From an uncultured Verrucomicrobiae bacterium (GTDB lineage Bacteria; Verrucomicrobiota; Verrucomicrobiia; Chthoniobacterales; JAFAMB01): DNA of 64,000 nt. Below the pieces are notes generated by a model that saw nothing but the letters and a program-made list of their open reading frames with translations, was not told where the DNA came from and did no database searches. The stretch covers positions 1-64,000 of the forward strand of contig CAWAIK010000005.1 of assembly GCA_963782115.1 (NCBI GenBank). The letters run 5' to 3'. Below, piece by piece: positions 42,050-52,820 of the stretch (position 1 is its first letter; every line of letters begins with the position of its first letter). The position numbers and the translations under genes are program-made.

Positions 42050-45000
42050 CTATTGGCATATCCGGAACTCTGAACCGCTAACCGGAACATTAACCACCAC
42101 GCTGGTTCCCCGGCCGGGCGCAGTACGAATGTCTAATGATCCGTTTAGTTTCTTCACTCTTGCCCGCATGTTCACAAATCCGAATCCTTCTCTGGCTTCT
42201 GCCTCGCTGGTTATACCGCGTCCGTTGTCTTTTACTTTGAGAATAAGGTTCTGGGAATCAGAGCGTAAACTGACGCTGATAACCGTCGGTTTAGCATGGC
42301 GGACGGCGTTGCTGATTGCTTCCTGCGCAATTCGTAGGAGATCTTGCCGGGCTGAGGGCGGCAAGCTTTCTTCCGGTACACCGTGTGAACGAAAATTACA
42401 GCGCAAACTGCCTGGGATATTTGAACGCTCGGCCAACTTTTGCAAAGCCTCGACTAATCCTGCCTCCTCGATGAGAGTGGGTTGAAGGCTGAAGGCGGAA
42501 CGACGCGCCTCAGCCAGTCCAAATTGTGCCAGCTCGGATGCCCGTTCTACGTAGCTAAGGCCATTGTTGTCCCCCGCTTTAATAACCGCCTGAGCTGCAC
42601 CCAGCTGCATCGAGACCCCGGTAAACAATTGAGCGAGCGAGTCATGGATCTCGCCAGCGAGCTGGTTTCGCTCCTCGAGAACGGCAGATTGTCTGGCGGT
42701 TTTCGCCAATCGGGTGAGCTGAATGGCCAAGCTGGCCTGGGTCGCTAAGGCTCGCGCTATTTCGAGCTCCTCGGGATGAAAATCGCGCTCCTCCGTAAAA
42801 CGGAAGGTCAATCGGCCATTTACTTGGCCACCCGAAGTCAAAGAAATAATCAGTATGGTCTTTACACCAAGCCCGAGCAGATAAGAGCGGTGTCCGTCAG
42901 GCATTGGCGAATGCGGATCAAGAGTGCTGGTGACGGCGGTCGGCTGATCCAAAAAAAGGGCGAAGCGTTGTTCATCGAGCGACACGGTTCGCCAGCCTTC
43001 CGGGTATTGCGCTTCGGCGGGAGACATCACTCGGCCATTTTGGAAGACGAGTTCCAGCGGCAAGGTGTTTTGCTCGAAGTTGCGTACTCGCAAAGTGGAT
43101 GAGACGCCACCCAATTGCCGGGTCATGGTAGCCATCACCTGCCCAAGGAACTCATCCAGTTTGGGCACCGAGGCAAGCGCATCGAGACATCCGCGAAGGG
43201 CTTCGTTCGCTCTCCCCAACTCGGCCGCACGCTGCAGCGCGAACGTCTCTCGCTCGCGGGCAAGGGCAGCTTGCATTTCCTGCGCGCGCTTCGACTCCGT
43301 GATGTCCGTTGAGATGCCACAAATCGCATACTGCTTGCCTGTGCCGTCCCGCAGGAGAAATTTCACTGCTACATAATGACGCACACTCTCCGCCATTGGT
43401 ATGGCCACCTCAAATTGGATGGGCCTGCCGGATTCGATGACCTGCCGATCGTTCGCTTGTATCTTTTCAGCAATATCGCGTGGAAGAAAGTCATAGTCGG
43501 TTTTTCCCCGGATTTGGTCACGCTGAATCTGAAATCGGTGTTCATGTTCGCGGTTTACCAAAAGATAATGAAGATCGAGATCTTTGACGGAAACGACGGC
43601 CGTGGTGTGGTCCAAGATGTCTTCCAACTGCTGTTCGCTCTTTTTGAGCGCTTCTTCCGCGCGCCTCCGCTCGCTGATCTCGGTCTGCAGATCTTCATTG
43701 GTGCGCCTTATTTCGGCATACAGCCGAGCTTGCTCCAAAGAAATCGCCGCTTGTGAAGCGATCAATTCCAAGGTCGCCAGCCGATCGGGTGTGAAAACCC
43801 CGGGTGCCAAGTTGTTCTCCAAATAGAGGACGCCCATCAGTGTGCGCTGCTTGATCAAAGGAAGACAAAACACTGATCGAGGACGTTTTCGCCGTATGTA
43901 TTCGTCTTCCGAAAACAGATTCTCGGTAAGAGCATCATGCAAAGTCACACTTTCTTGGGTTCGGATGACGTGACGAAACAATGATTCCGGTAACTCGGAA
44001 GGAGCCACTAACGATCGGCGAAAATGAACAGTGACCTTGTCACTATCGCTGCTGGCTTCTGCTTCGATTCTCTGCTCATTACCTCGCGCGAGGATCAAGA
44101 GACCGCGCTCAGCACCTGCCTGCTCGAGTGCTATTCGCATGAGTGTGTTGATCAATTTGTCTAGGACGATCTCGCCGGAGATGGCTTGCGACACTTTGAT
44201 CACCGTCGCGAGGTCAAGGTGTTCGACCGGTGCGCCGATCGTGCTATCCGGAGCAGGTACTGGCGCTTCTTCCCTGAGGTATGGATATAACTCTTCCAGT
44301 TGGCGAACCTTCCCTGCGGCTCCCCAACGGAGATAACAGTGCCAGGCGTTTCGCATGTACGCATGGGCAATCGTTTCAAAACCACGCGCCACGTAGAATC
44401 GCGCGGCCAGTTCGTGGGCGAGCGCCTCATTATGGACAAAGCCGTTCGCCTGGGCTGAGCGGATGGCGTGTTCGTAGAGGCGCTCGGCATCGAGTTCGCG
44501 AGCTTCGATCCGGGCGATCTCGGCGCCGACCAGTGAGGCGCGATTTTCGAAATTCTCCGGGCAATTTTCTGCCCATACTTCCAATTGTGCGTGGTGCGCG
44601 GTCAGAGCCTCGAAATGCTGTTGTCGTTGGCCGGCCGCTGCGGAATCGCAGGATGCGGCGCGGGACAGCGCGCCGTAAAAGTGATATTCCGCGGTTTCAA
44701 AACAGGATGGGGATGTCCAAAGCAGCCGTTGCGCCCTCAAGGAGGCATCGACGGCCGCAGCATAGTCCCCGGCAAAGAAGCGCGCCTGCAGTTTGCGGGT
44801 CCAATACCAGCATTCGGGCAGCGCCAAAGCCGGGTTACCGGACAAATGGCCCTCGAACCGAAGCTCATTAAACTGCCCATCGTCAAAGGAACCAAATTTC
44901 TGCGTCAAGCTACGGAGGGATCGGATCAGCCCGAGCTGCGCTGCAATGCGGTCAATGACGAGACCAAACCGCATCTTATCGGCAAACTCGAGGCCACGCT

Positions 45001-48000
45001 CGGCTTCGCGTTGCACCTCAACGAGCGGATCGCCCGCCGCGAGCAGGTTCGTGTTCAGGTCCATGCGGCTGTACGCCGCAAATGTGAGATCGCCGATCTT
45101 GTTCGCGGCCTCGAACGCCCGACGCAGCAGATCGCGGGCAGTCTTGACATGTTTCGTCCAGGGCATGACAAGATTTCCAAAGCTCACATAGGTCCTGGCC
45201 AGGAAGCGCCTCAAGCCACGTTTTTCGACCAGTTCATAGCCAAGCCGACCGAATCGAAATCCGGCCTTGTAGTTGTCGAAATGCGGGCCGGCTATCACGC
45301 CAAGCCATACATAGGCGAAGCACGAACCGTCGCTGTTGCCATGCTCGAGGCTGAGGTTGACCGCCCTGCATATAGCCAGGGAAAGAAGGTTCGCATCCGT
45401 AAACAATGCAGGTGGTAATACCTTGGTCAGCACATCCAGGGTCGCGAGCGACGCCGGGTCGCTCATCAAGGGCAGCTCAATGAGCTCCTCAATCGCGCGG
45501 CTCCCGAGCTGTGACCAGATCCGATCGTATTCGCGTCGCGCTTCCTCTTCTGTCGGATGCGGTGACCATTCGATTCCCAGATATCGGAGGTATTCGAGAC
45601 CGACGCCGACCGCGCGGTCGCTCTGATCGCGGGTCGTGTATAGATCCACGCGCAGACACGCGACGCTCGCTAGCTCGACCGTATTTTCAGCGCGGGCTGA
45701 AAGCGGCGCCAAGCGCTGCTCCGCGGCCGCCAACTCGCCGGTCAGGAACTCGCATTCGGCCCGATTTATCTCCAGAGAGAAGGCAAGTTCATGCCGGGGC
45801 TCCCAGCCGTCCTCCGCCAGCAGCGCCGCGCCGGCAGTGAGATAGGTAAGCGCCGCGGCGTAGGCGGTGGACGCCTTGGCGCGCCTGCCCGCGAGCAGGT
45901 TGAGCTCCGCCACTTGCTCGCGTTCGTCTCGTGTGGCGATCAGCGCGGCGCCGCGATTGAGCTGATTGACGATCTCGAAGATCGCCTCCTCCCGCTTCTC
46001 CGGCGGCGTGTGCGCCGCGAGCAGCCTGCCGATCCCGAGGTGGGCCGCAGCGCGCGAGTCTGGCGGGATCAGTGAATAAGCGGCTTCCTGGACGCGGTCA
46101 TGGAGGAACCTATAGGCACCTTCCGAGCGGAACACGAGTCCCGTTCGGACCGCTTCCCAAAGGCGGCCGTGGATGTCCTCCCTCGAATCCTCGCAAACCA
46201 TGGTCAGCAGGGCGAACTCTGCGCTGCTGCCCATGCAGGCAAGCTGCTGCAATGCCCTCTGGGTTTCAACGGGCAGTCGGTTCAACTTCCCAACCATGAG
46301 GTCCACCACATTATCGGTGTAACCCTTGGCGTGAATGCGATCGAGATTCCAGGACCATCGCGCGTCGCCGTGATCGAAGGTCAACAATTGCTCTTCGGCG
46401 AGCGCAGAGAGGAACTGTATGGCGAAAAACGGATTGCCGGCCGTCTTCTCGTGGACCAGTTGCGCAAGCGGGGTGGCGCGCTCCGGTTCGCAGTGAAGAG
46501 AATCCCCAATCAACCGTCCCAGGTCTTCACGGGCGAGGGGCGCAAGGATGATCTCGTGCACGATCGCTCCCGCTTTGCGGATCGCTTCGAGCTTGCGCAT
46601 CAGCGGATGGGCGGAGCTGACCTCGTTCTCCCGATAGGCGCCGATCAACATCAGGTGCTGCACATCCGGCTGGGTCAGCAGATCCTCGAGCAGATCGAGC
46701 GTTGCCGGGTCGAGCCATTGCAAATCGTCGAGGAACAGGGCAAGCGGATGTTCCGGCCGTGCGAATACGGCGATGAATCGCCGGAACACGAGCTGAAACC
46801 GACTTTGTGCCTGCTGCGGCGGAAGCTCCGGAACCGGCGGCTGTTCACCGATGATGAGCTTCAGTTCGGGGACCAGGTTGACCATGAGCTGTCCGTTCGG
46901 GCCTAGAGCCTCCAGCAGGGCGTGGCGCCAGCTCGCCAATTCGGCCTCGCTCTTGCCGAGAAGAGGTCGCGCAAGGCTCTGAAAAGCCTGCACCAGCGTC
47001 GAATAGGGGATGTCGCGTTTGTACTGGTCGAACTTGCCTGATGCGAAGAGCCCGCGCGGTGGAACAAGCACTCTATGCAGTTCATTGGCGACCGAGGATT
47101 TGCCAATACCGGAATATCCGGAAACCAGCACCAACTCGGGCGCGCCGCTCTTGACGATGCGATCAAAGGAGGCGAGCAAAGCATCGACCTCGCGCGCCCT
47201 TCCGTACAGCTTCTCGGGGATCAGCAGCCGGTCGGGCGCGTCGTGTTCGCCGAGCGAAAATGGGTCGATGCGCCCCTGACGCTCCCATTGGGAAAGACAG
47301 TGCCGAAGATCACTCTCAAGGCCGGCTGCGGTCTGGTACCGTTCCTCGGCCGTCTTGGCCAGCAGCTTCATGATGATTTGGGAGACCGGGACCGGGACAT
47401 TCTCCAACCGCTCTCTGGGCGCCACCGGCTTTCTCGCGATATGGCAGTGCACCCATTCCATGGGATCGAACGCGGTGAACGGCAGTGAGCCCGTGAGCAT
47501 CTGGTAGAGCGTGACACCGAGCGAGTAGAGGTCGCTGCGGGAATCAATGGAGCGGTTCATCCGTCCGGTCTGTTCGGGCGCCATGTAGGCGAGCGTCCCG
47601 GCAATCGACTCGGGCGGATCGGGCGCCTGGCGCTCGCGTGGAAGCCGCGAAGCGATACCAAAGCCCATCAGCCAGCACTGGCCAGCGTCGGAGTTCACCA
47701 GAACATTGGCCGGCTTGATGTCCTTGTGAATGACGCCGCGCTGATGCAAGTGACCAATCGCAGTCGAAAGGCTAATGGCCAGACGCAACAAAAACGCTAC
47801 GTTCAGTGGTTGACCGAGCAGTCGATCGAGAGGCACACCGCCGGGATCATCCAACAATAGTACCGTACGGTTCCAGTGGCGAGCCATTGCGAACGGTCGG
47901 GCAGCCCACCTGGGATCCAACTCTTCCCTTAGAGAATATGCGTGCTCCAACCATTTCAGAATTTCCGGTGCGGGATACTCCGCCACCGACGAAAGCACAA

Positions 48001-48118
48001 GAACCCGAGATCCATCGTCCTTACTCCGCCCGCGATAAAGAATGAACTCTTCATCCTTCCGCAGCGCCTCGAGGATATATCGGGATAGATCATTCACGGG
48101 CGGGATCCAGCCCATCAA
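42050..48118 (-). CDS. Multidomain Ser/Thr kinase-AAA ATPase-GAF-PAS-GAF-HisKA_3-HATPase
   Basis: IHKDIKPAN, YMAPEQ, Walker A GYSGIGKS, Walker B LFLDDLQW, EIHDSLAQ, EAISNAVRHA, DNGRG. Confidence 0.95.
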   Translation of the reverse strand: MMGWIPPVNDLSRYILEALRKDEEFILYRGRSKDDGSRVLVLSSVAEYPAPEILKWLEHAYSLREELDPRWAARPFAMARHWNRTVLLLDDPGGVPLDRLLGQPLNVAFLLRLAISLSTAIGHLHQRGVIHKDIKPANVLVNSDAGQCWLMGFGIASRLPRERQAPDPPESIAGTLAYMAPEQTGRMNRSIDSRSDLYSLGVTLYQMLTGSLPFTAFDPMEWVHCHIARKPVAPRERLENVPVPVSQIIMKLLAKTAEERYQTAAGLESDLRHCLSQWERQGRIDPFSLGEHDAPDRLLIPEKLYGRAREVDALLASFDRIVKSGAPELVLVSGYSGIGKSSVANELHRVLVPPRGLFASGKFDQYKRDIPYSTLVQAFQSLARPLLGKSEAELASWRHALLEALGPNGQLMVNLVPELKLIIGEQPPVPELPPQQAQSRFQLVFRRFIAVFARPEHPLALFLDDLQWLDPATLDLLEDLLTQPDVQHLMLIGAYRENEVSSAHPLMRKLEAIRKAGAIVHEIILAPLAREDLGRLIGDSLHCEPERATPLAQLVHEKTAGNPFFAIQFLSALAEEQLLTFDHGDARWSWNLDRIHAKGYTDNVVDLMVGKLNRLPVETQRALQQLACMGSSAEFALLTMVCEDSREDIHGRLWEAVRTGLVFRSEGAYRFLHDRVQEAAYSLIPPDSRAAAHLGIGRLLAAHTPPEKREEAIFEIVNQLNRGAALIATRDEREQVAELNLLAGRRAKASTAYAAALTYLTAGAALLAEDGWEPRHELAFSLEINRAECEFLTGELAAAEQRLAPLSARAENTVELASVACLRVDLYTTRDQSDRAVGVGLEYLRYLGIEWSPHPTEEEARREYDRIWSQLGSRAIEELIELPLMSDPASLATLDVLTKVLPPALFTDANLLSLAICRAVNLSLEHGNSDGSCFAYVWLGVIAGPHFDNYKAGFRFGRLGYELVEKRGLRRFLARTYVSFGNLVMPWTKHVKTARDLLRRAFEAANKIGDLTFAAYSRMDLNTNLLAAGDPLVEVQREAERGLEFADKMRFGLVIDRIAAQLGLIRSLRSLTQKFGSFDDGQFNELRFEGHLSGNPALALPECWYWTRKLQARFFAGDYAAAVDASLRAQRLLWTSPSCFETAEYHFYGALSRAASCDSAAAGQRQQHFEALTAHHAQLEVWAENCPENFENRASLVGAEIARIEARELDAERLYEHAIRSAQANGFVHNEALAHELAARFYVARGFETIAHAYMRNAWHCYLRWGAAGKVRQLEELYPYLREEAPVPAPDSTIGAPVEHLDLATVIKVSQAISGEIVLDKLINTLMRIALEQAGAERGLLILARGNEQRIEAEASSDSDKVTVHFRRSLVAPSELPESLFRHVIRTQESVTLHDALTENLFSEDEYIRRKRPRSVFCLPLIKQRTLMGVLYLENNLAPGVFTPDRLATLELIASQAAISLEQARLYAEIRRTNEDLQTEISERRRAEEALKKSEQQLEDILDHTTAVVSVKDLDLHYLLVNREHEHRFQIQRDQIRGKTDYDFLPRDIAEKIQANDRQVIESGRPIQFEVAIPMAESVRHYVAVKFLLRDGTGKQYAICGISTDITESKRAQEMQAALARERETFALQRAAELGRANEALRGCLDALASVPKLDEFLGQVMATMTRQLGGVSSTLRVRNFEQNTLPLELVFQNGRVMSPAEAQYPEGWRTVSLDEQRFALFLDQPTAVTSTLDPHSPMPDGHRSYLLGLGVKTILIISLTSGGQVNGRLTFRFTEERDFHPEELEIARALATQASLAIQLTRLAKTARQSAVLEERNQLAGEIHDSLAQLFTGVSMQLGAAQAVIKAGDNNGLSYVERASELAQFGLAEARRSAFSLQPTLIEEAGLVEALQKLAERSNIPGSLRCNFRSHGVPEESLPPSARQDLLRIAQEAISNAVRHAKPTVISVSLRSDSQNLILKVKDNGRGITSEAEAREGFGFVNMRARVKKLNGSLDIRTAPGRGTSVVVNVPVSGSEFRICQ

Positions 48119-48457
48119 TTTACACCATTTTCGCTATCAGCCAGCAAAAGGCGGAATGAGGCTCTTAAGTGACTCGAAGGTGTGGGACCTTGGTCATCGT
48201 CGGCCCATTCTCGCGTTCGGCGCTCGGCGTTCGGCGTTTGGCGCGGCCGTTCCCGGCGCTGTCGGTTCTCAAAGCTTACTGGCCTCACGGCTCAGCATGC
48301 CATAACGGACGATTTCCCACTCCTCGCTCGGGGATCCAAACCGCCGTGCCCACTGCCTCTCGGTCAGGAGTTGCCGTTGCGGCCGAAGGTCGGGCAGGCC
48401 GTCGCTTTCTCATAGTCGCTATCCAAAAGGTGTGCACACGTGAGCTTATTCACCCGC

Positions 48458-49537
48458 TCAGAAAGGTAATTCCTTGGCCGTTGGATACCCGTGCTGCTGA
48501 CGACCAAGATCGCCATCATAGAATTTGGTCGTTTTAAAGCGCTCGTAGCGTCCGTCGGCCGCAAACGCACGAGACCGCTCGCGTAAGGCGTCCATCTCGG
48601 CCGCCTCCATGGGCTTGAACTTGCGGGCAATCTCTAGGTTTTGCCCCAGCACGGCCAATGAATCCATTCCGCTAATCGTCGTCGCTACCGGCAGGCTCAT
48701 CGCATAACGCAGGCCCTCTTCCGGCGTAATCATCCCGCTGGTCACCATTTCGCCACTGCCGCCCAGGCTCTTCATGCCTAAGGCAGCCATATCGCGCCGG
48801 TTTACCTCCGGCAAAACCTGCGTTTCAAAGCTACGGAAGGTGGCGTCAAAGCAGTTCAACGGCATCTGCACGGTGTCAAAGGGAAACTCGTGCGCCAGCA
48901 TGCGCAGGTGAATGGCCGGATCTTTGTGCCCCGTAAAACCGATAAAGCGCACCTTGCCCTGCTGCTTAGCCAGCAACAGCGCTTCGGCCACGCCCCCAGG
49001 TGCGAAAATCAGATCCGGATCGTTGTCGTACACCACCTCGTGAATTTGCCAAACATCCAGATGATCCGTCTTTAGCCGGCGCAAGGATTCTTCCAGCATC
49101 CTCATGGCAACGTCTTTGCCCCGTCCGTGGGTGCAAACCTTGGTCATCAGTATCGCCTGGTCGCGCTTGCCCTGCAGCGCGTTGCCCAGACGGGCCTCAC
49201 TTTCGCCCTCGTGATATTCCCAGGCGTTATCGAAAAAATTCACGCCAGCATCCAAAGCGCGGCCAACAATTTTGGTCGCTTCCTGCTGATCTTTGGCCGT
49301 ACCAAGATGGTAGCCCCCAACCCCCAACGCCGAGACGTTGATGCCCGTCTTGCCCAGCGGCCGTTCCGGAACTCGACCGGCCTCGGTCTGAGATGCACCC
49401 GTGGGTTCAACCGGCTGGTCGCTGGTCTGGGCCAGGCTCTCAGCTCCTATCAAAGTGCCTGCCGTCGCTAGGGCTGCACCCTTCATAAACTCACGCCGGT
49501 TCATGTTCCAGAAATCCTGCAAACTACCCTGGCTCAT
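48458..49537 (-). CDS. Aldo/keto reductase with Tat signal
   Basis: MNRREFMKG, FDNAWEY, MTK, WQIHE; ATGA overlap with the upstream AKR (start could also be at MNMNRR). Confidence 0.9.
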   Translation of the reverse strand: MSQGSLQDFWNMNRREFMKGAALATAGTLIGAESLAQTSDQPVEPTGASQTEAGRVPERPLGKTGINVSALGVGGYHLGTAKDQQEATKIVGRALDAGVNFFDNAWEYHEGESEARLGNALQGKRDQAILMTKVCTHGRGKDVAMRMLEESLRRLKTDHLDVWQIHEVVYDNDPDLIFAPGGVAEALLLAKQQGKVRFIGFTGHKDPAIHLRMLAHEFPFDTVQMPLNCFDATFRSFETQVLPEVNRRDMAALGMKSLGGSGEMVTSGMITPEEGLRYAMSLPVATTISGMDSLAVLGQNLEIARKFKPMEAAEMDALRERSRAFAADGRYERFKTTKFYDGDLGRQQHGYPTAKELPF

Positions 49538-50517
49538 GATTTCATCTCCGGAAAAGGACGCCCGGTGTTCTGGCTTTCTTGGAGCATTTCCTTTACTTCC
49601 ATCTGCTGCGCGTCGAGCGGAAACCCGTGAGCCAGGCGGGCCTCAGGATTGTCGAATTGCAGTGACACCTTGTAATGCTCGAATCGACCATCGGCGGCCA
49701 CAGGGCGACAACGCTGCCGGAGCGCCTCCATTTCCTTCGGCGTCATGGGTTGGAAATATTGCGCGATTTGCAGGTTCTGGTGCAACACGTCAATCTTGTC
49801 CATCCCCGTAATCGTCGTCACCACCGGCAAACTCATGGCGTACCCGAGGGCCTCATCGGGGGTGAGGACTCCCTTTTTCAGCGGCTCGCCTTTGCCGCTG
49901 AACGGTTTCATGCCTAAAGCCGCGATTCCACGCCGGCTCAACTCCGGCAGCACTTGCGTTTCGAAACTATGAAACGTGGCGTCAAAGGCGTTGAGAGGCA
50001 TTTGCACCGCATCAAACGGAAAGCCCGTCGCCAGCATCTTAAGATGGATGGCCGGGTCTTTGTGCCCGGTAAAGCCGACGTATCGCACCTTGCCCTGCTG
50101 CTTTGCCCGGTCCAGGGCTTCGGCGGCGCCGTTCGGACGAATGAAAAGTTCGGGATCATTATCGAAACAGACCCCATGGATCTGCCACAAATCGAGGTGA
50201 TCCGTCTGGAGGCGCCGCAGCGATTCTTCCAGCATCTGACTTGCCAGAGAACCGTCACGGCCATGTGTGCACACTTTCGTCATCAGAAAAACGCGATCGC
50301 GATAGCCCTTTAGGCCCTTACCCATCCAGTTTTCTGATTTGCCGCGGTTGTACTCCCAGCAGTTGTCGAAGAAGGTGATGCCCCCTTCGATGGCCTCATG
50401 GACGATTTGAACGGCGGTTTGCTCGTCTTGAGCATCGCCCAGGTGATGCCCGCCCAGTCCCAGCGCGGAAACCTGATCACTGTGCTTGCCGAAGTTTCTT
50501 ACAGGGATCGACGGCAT
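49534..50517 (-). CDS. Aldo/keto reductase without signal peptide
   Basis: FDNCWEY, MTKVCTHGR, WQIHG; close paralog of the downstream AKR. Confidence 0.9.
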   Translation of the reverse strand: MPSIPVRNFGKHSDQVSALGLGGHHLGDAQDEQTAVQIVHEAIEGGITFFDNCWEYNRGKSENWMGKGLKGYRDRVFLMTKVCTHGRDGSLASQMLEESLRRLQTDHLDLWQIHGVCFDNDPELFIRPNGAAEALDRAKQQGKVRYVGFTGHKDPAIHLKMLATGFPFDAVQMPLNAFDATFHSFETQVLPELSRRGIAALGMKPFSGKGEPLKKGVLTPDEALGYAMSLPVVTTITGMDKIDVLHQNLQIAQYFQPMTPKEMEALRQRCRPVAADGRFEHYKVSLQFDNPEARLAHGFPLDAQQMEVKEMLQESQNTGRPFPEMKS

Positions 50518-50627
50518 GTTACGGCTCCTTCATCGTTCCACAATCTAGAGGATATGTGGGAAGCCCACGTTAATCAACCTCACCGGTCGAGATCGTCTAC
50601 GATTCAAAGCTTCTCTGGGTTGCGGGA

Positions 50628-50752
50628 ACGGAAGCTGTTACACCCAGCTTACCTTCGTCGAATGTCAGCCCGCTCAGGTTTTCTTGTTGTCCCTGGACGG
50701 GCTGTTTCATTGTGCCGCGATACATCTGGTTCCCCACACGATCCACTCGGGT
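50628..50752. repeat. About 125-bp segment with an inverted copy at about 52236..52361
   Basis: Both encode [33 protein letters not shown]; orphan 3' end of an unknown gene. Confidence 0.75.
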
Positions 50753-50768
50753 GATAAACACTTCGTTA

Positions 50769-50869
50769 TAGTGCACCGTCCCGCATATAATGGTGATGTC
50801 GCCGCAGGTCAGTTGGCTGTTTTAAGGCGCGAGCGAAGCGCCCATATCTGAGTCATACCGGTCGAGCGA
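50769..50869. mobile_element. Solo end (type A) of MITE family 1
   Basis: tagtgcaccgtcccgcatataatggtgatgtcgccgcaggtcagttggctgtttt matches the reverse complement of the 21327 end. Confidence 0.82.
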
Positions 50870-51094
50870 ATGCCGAATGTATAACCCTTTCGGGTGAAAA
50901 TAATTCAGCCACTCTGCCGATGGCGATCGCAAGAGCGCCAGGTTACTTTCAATCAAGAAGCAAAGTTATTATGAAGTCACTAAATGTAGTTTCATTAAAC
51001 GTGGCTAGGCTAGTCTAGTTGCTACCAACAGTTTGCCAGGACTGTTAGGCATCGGTCGAGGCCAATCACCGTGGCGAGAGTAGGGAAACAAGAT

Positions 51095-51526
51095 ATGAAA
51101 AATCCCACTGAATTTTCCAGCACAGGTAGCTTTAACATCGCCGAAATTGCCGCTTCACTGCCCGAGACAGCTACAACGCTACTAGTCGATCAGTACCTAA
51201 CCAATCGAGATGCTGCCAGCGCCCGCGTCTTTCGAGTTTACAAACCAACGCCGCCCCATTACCACGCAACGTGCGACGAATACCTTTACGTCTTCTCGGG
51301 TCGAGGGACTTTCTGGATGAAGAATCCCGAATCTCAGTTCAAGTTTCATCCGGGCCAGTTGCTTTTCTTTGAACGCGGTACGGTCCACGCCATACCAGAC
51401 ATTCTCGAAGCTCCATTGATTTTCCTATCGATCGACACCCCGCGGCGCGATCCGAAGGACGTCATCTTTGTGAAACCTGAAGACGGCACCCCTGAGAGCT
51501 TCATCCAGGCCAACCAAATAAAGTAA
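51095..51526 (+). CDS. Cupin-domain protein
   Basis: PPHYHATCDEYLY and GTVHA metal motifs. Confidence 0.85.
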   Translation: MKNPTEFSSTGSFNIAEIAASLPETATTLLVDQYLTNRDAASARVFRVYKPTPPHYHATCDEYLYVFSGRGTFWMKNPESQFKFHPGQLLFFERGTVHAIPDILEAPLIFLSIDTPRRDPKDVIFVKPEDGTPESFIQANQIK

Positions 51527-51531
51527 GCCAT

Positions 51532-51630
51532 GTGGCAATTGCCATTGGAGCATTTCGAGAGGGTGCGGTGCATAGTCATACGCGTCGCGCGTTGGAGGCC
51601 GGTTGCACGCCCGATGAACTCGGCCACTCG
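51532..51630 (+). pseudogene. Carboxymuconolactone decarboxylase/AhpD-like fragment
   Basis: AIAIGAFREGAVHSHTRRALEAGCTPDELGH. Confidence 0.65.
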
Positions 51631-51689
51631 TGTTCTTCCTTTGAAGGGGCTGATAAGGTCGACCAGTTGACCTGCTTGGAGCCCGGCTT

Positions 51690-52230
51690 CAGCCATGTCC
51701 TTAGAGAAGAGTTGGATCCCAGGTGGGCTGCCCGACCGATAGCAATGGCTCGTCACCGGGACCGTACGGTACTTGTGCTGCAGGATCCCGGCGGTGTGCC
51801 ACTCGATCGATTGCTCGGTCAACCATTGAACGTAGCGTTTTCGTTGCGTCTGACCGTTAGTTAGCCTGTCGACTGCGATTGGTCAGTTGCATCAGCGGGG
51901 CGTCATCCACAAGGACATCAAGCCGGCCAATGTTCTGGTGAACTCGGACACTGGCCAGTGCTGGCTGAGGGGGTTTGATATCGCTTCGCGACTTCCACGC
52001 GAACGCCAGGCTCCAGAGTCTCCCGAGTTCGTCGCCGGGACGCTTGCCTATTTGGCGCCCGAGCAGACCGGACGAATGAATCGTTCCATCGATTCCGGAG
52101 CGACCTCTACGCCCTGGGCGTCACGCTTTACGAAATGCTAACCGGGAGTCTTCCCTTCACGGCTTCCGATCCCATGGAATGGGTTCACTGCCACGTTGCA
52201 AGACAACCGATACCGCCCGGAGAGCGGTCG
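51690..52230 (+). pseudogene. Ser/Thr kinase-domain fragment, paralog of the N-terminus of 42050..48118
   Basis: [32 protein letters not shown], with stops and frameshifts. Confidence 0.88.
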
Positions 52231-52669
52231 ACGAATACCCAAGGGAATCGTGTGGGGAACCAGATATATCGCGACACAACGAAACAGCCCGTCCAAGGAC
52301 AACAAGAAAACCTGAACGGGCTGACATTCGACGAAGGTAAGCTGGGTTTAACAGCTTCCGTAGTTGGGCGATCTGTCATCCAAACTTCGCAGCCTAAGCG
52401 AAAGTTGGTCGTTGTTGTTCTTCCGCTTTCTGAATCGAGACGAGATGCTGGTCGGTGCGTGGATGACAGCGTTCACCAGGTTGAATGGAGAAGTGTTGTG
52501 CTCAATGCGGTCAACTAAAGCCAATCGCCGAATTCCGTCGGGATGCGCCAGTTGGCGACGGGCTGCAAGCGCGTTGTAAGAATGGTCACACTTCCGACAG
52601 TCGCACCCGCAAGCTGACCGAAGCCGGGTCGGGCATCGAACAGGCTGACTCGCGTTCGAATTACTAAGC

Positions 52670-52820
52670 GAGCGAAGAGATCTGTTTTTGATGGTCTGGC
52701 ATCGGAGCTTTTCAAGCCAAAGATCGATCGTGTCTTCGTTGGAATGGATGAATACGCAGCGGGCCCATGATTACATGGGCGCCCATGATTACATCGGCAC
52801 AAATGCCCAGATCGACAGGA
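52670..52820 (+). pseudogene. 3' fragment of an MDR oxidoreductase paralog
   Basis: DGLASELFKPKIDRVFVGMDEYAA vs DGLASKLFSAKIDQVFVGLDEYAA; contains a duplicated gcccatgattacat. Confidence 0.75.
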
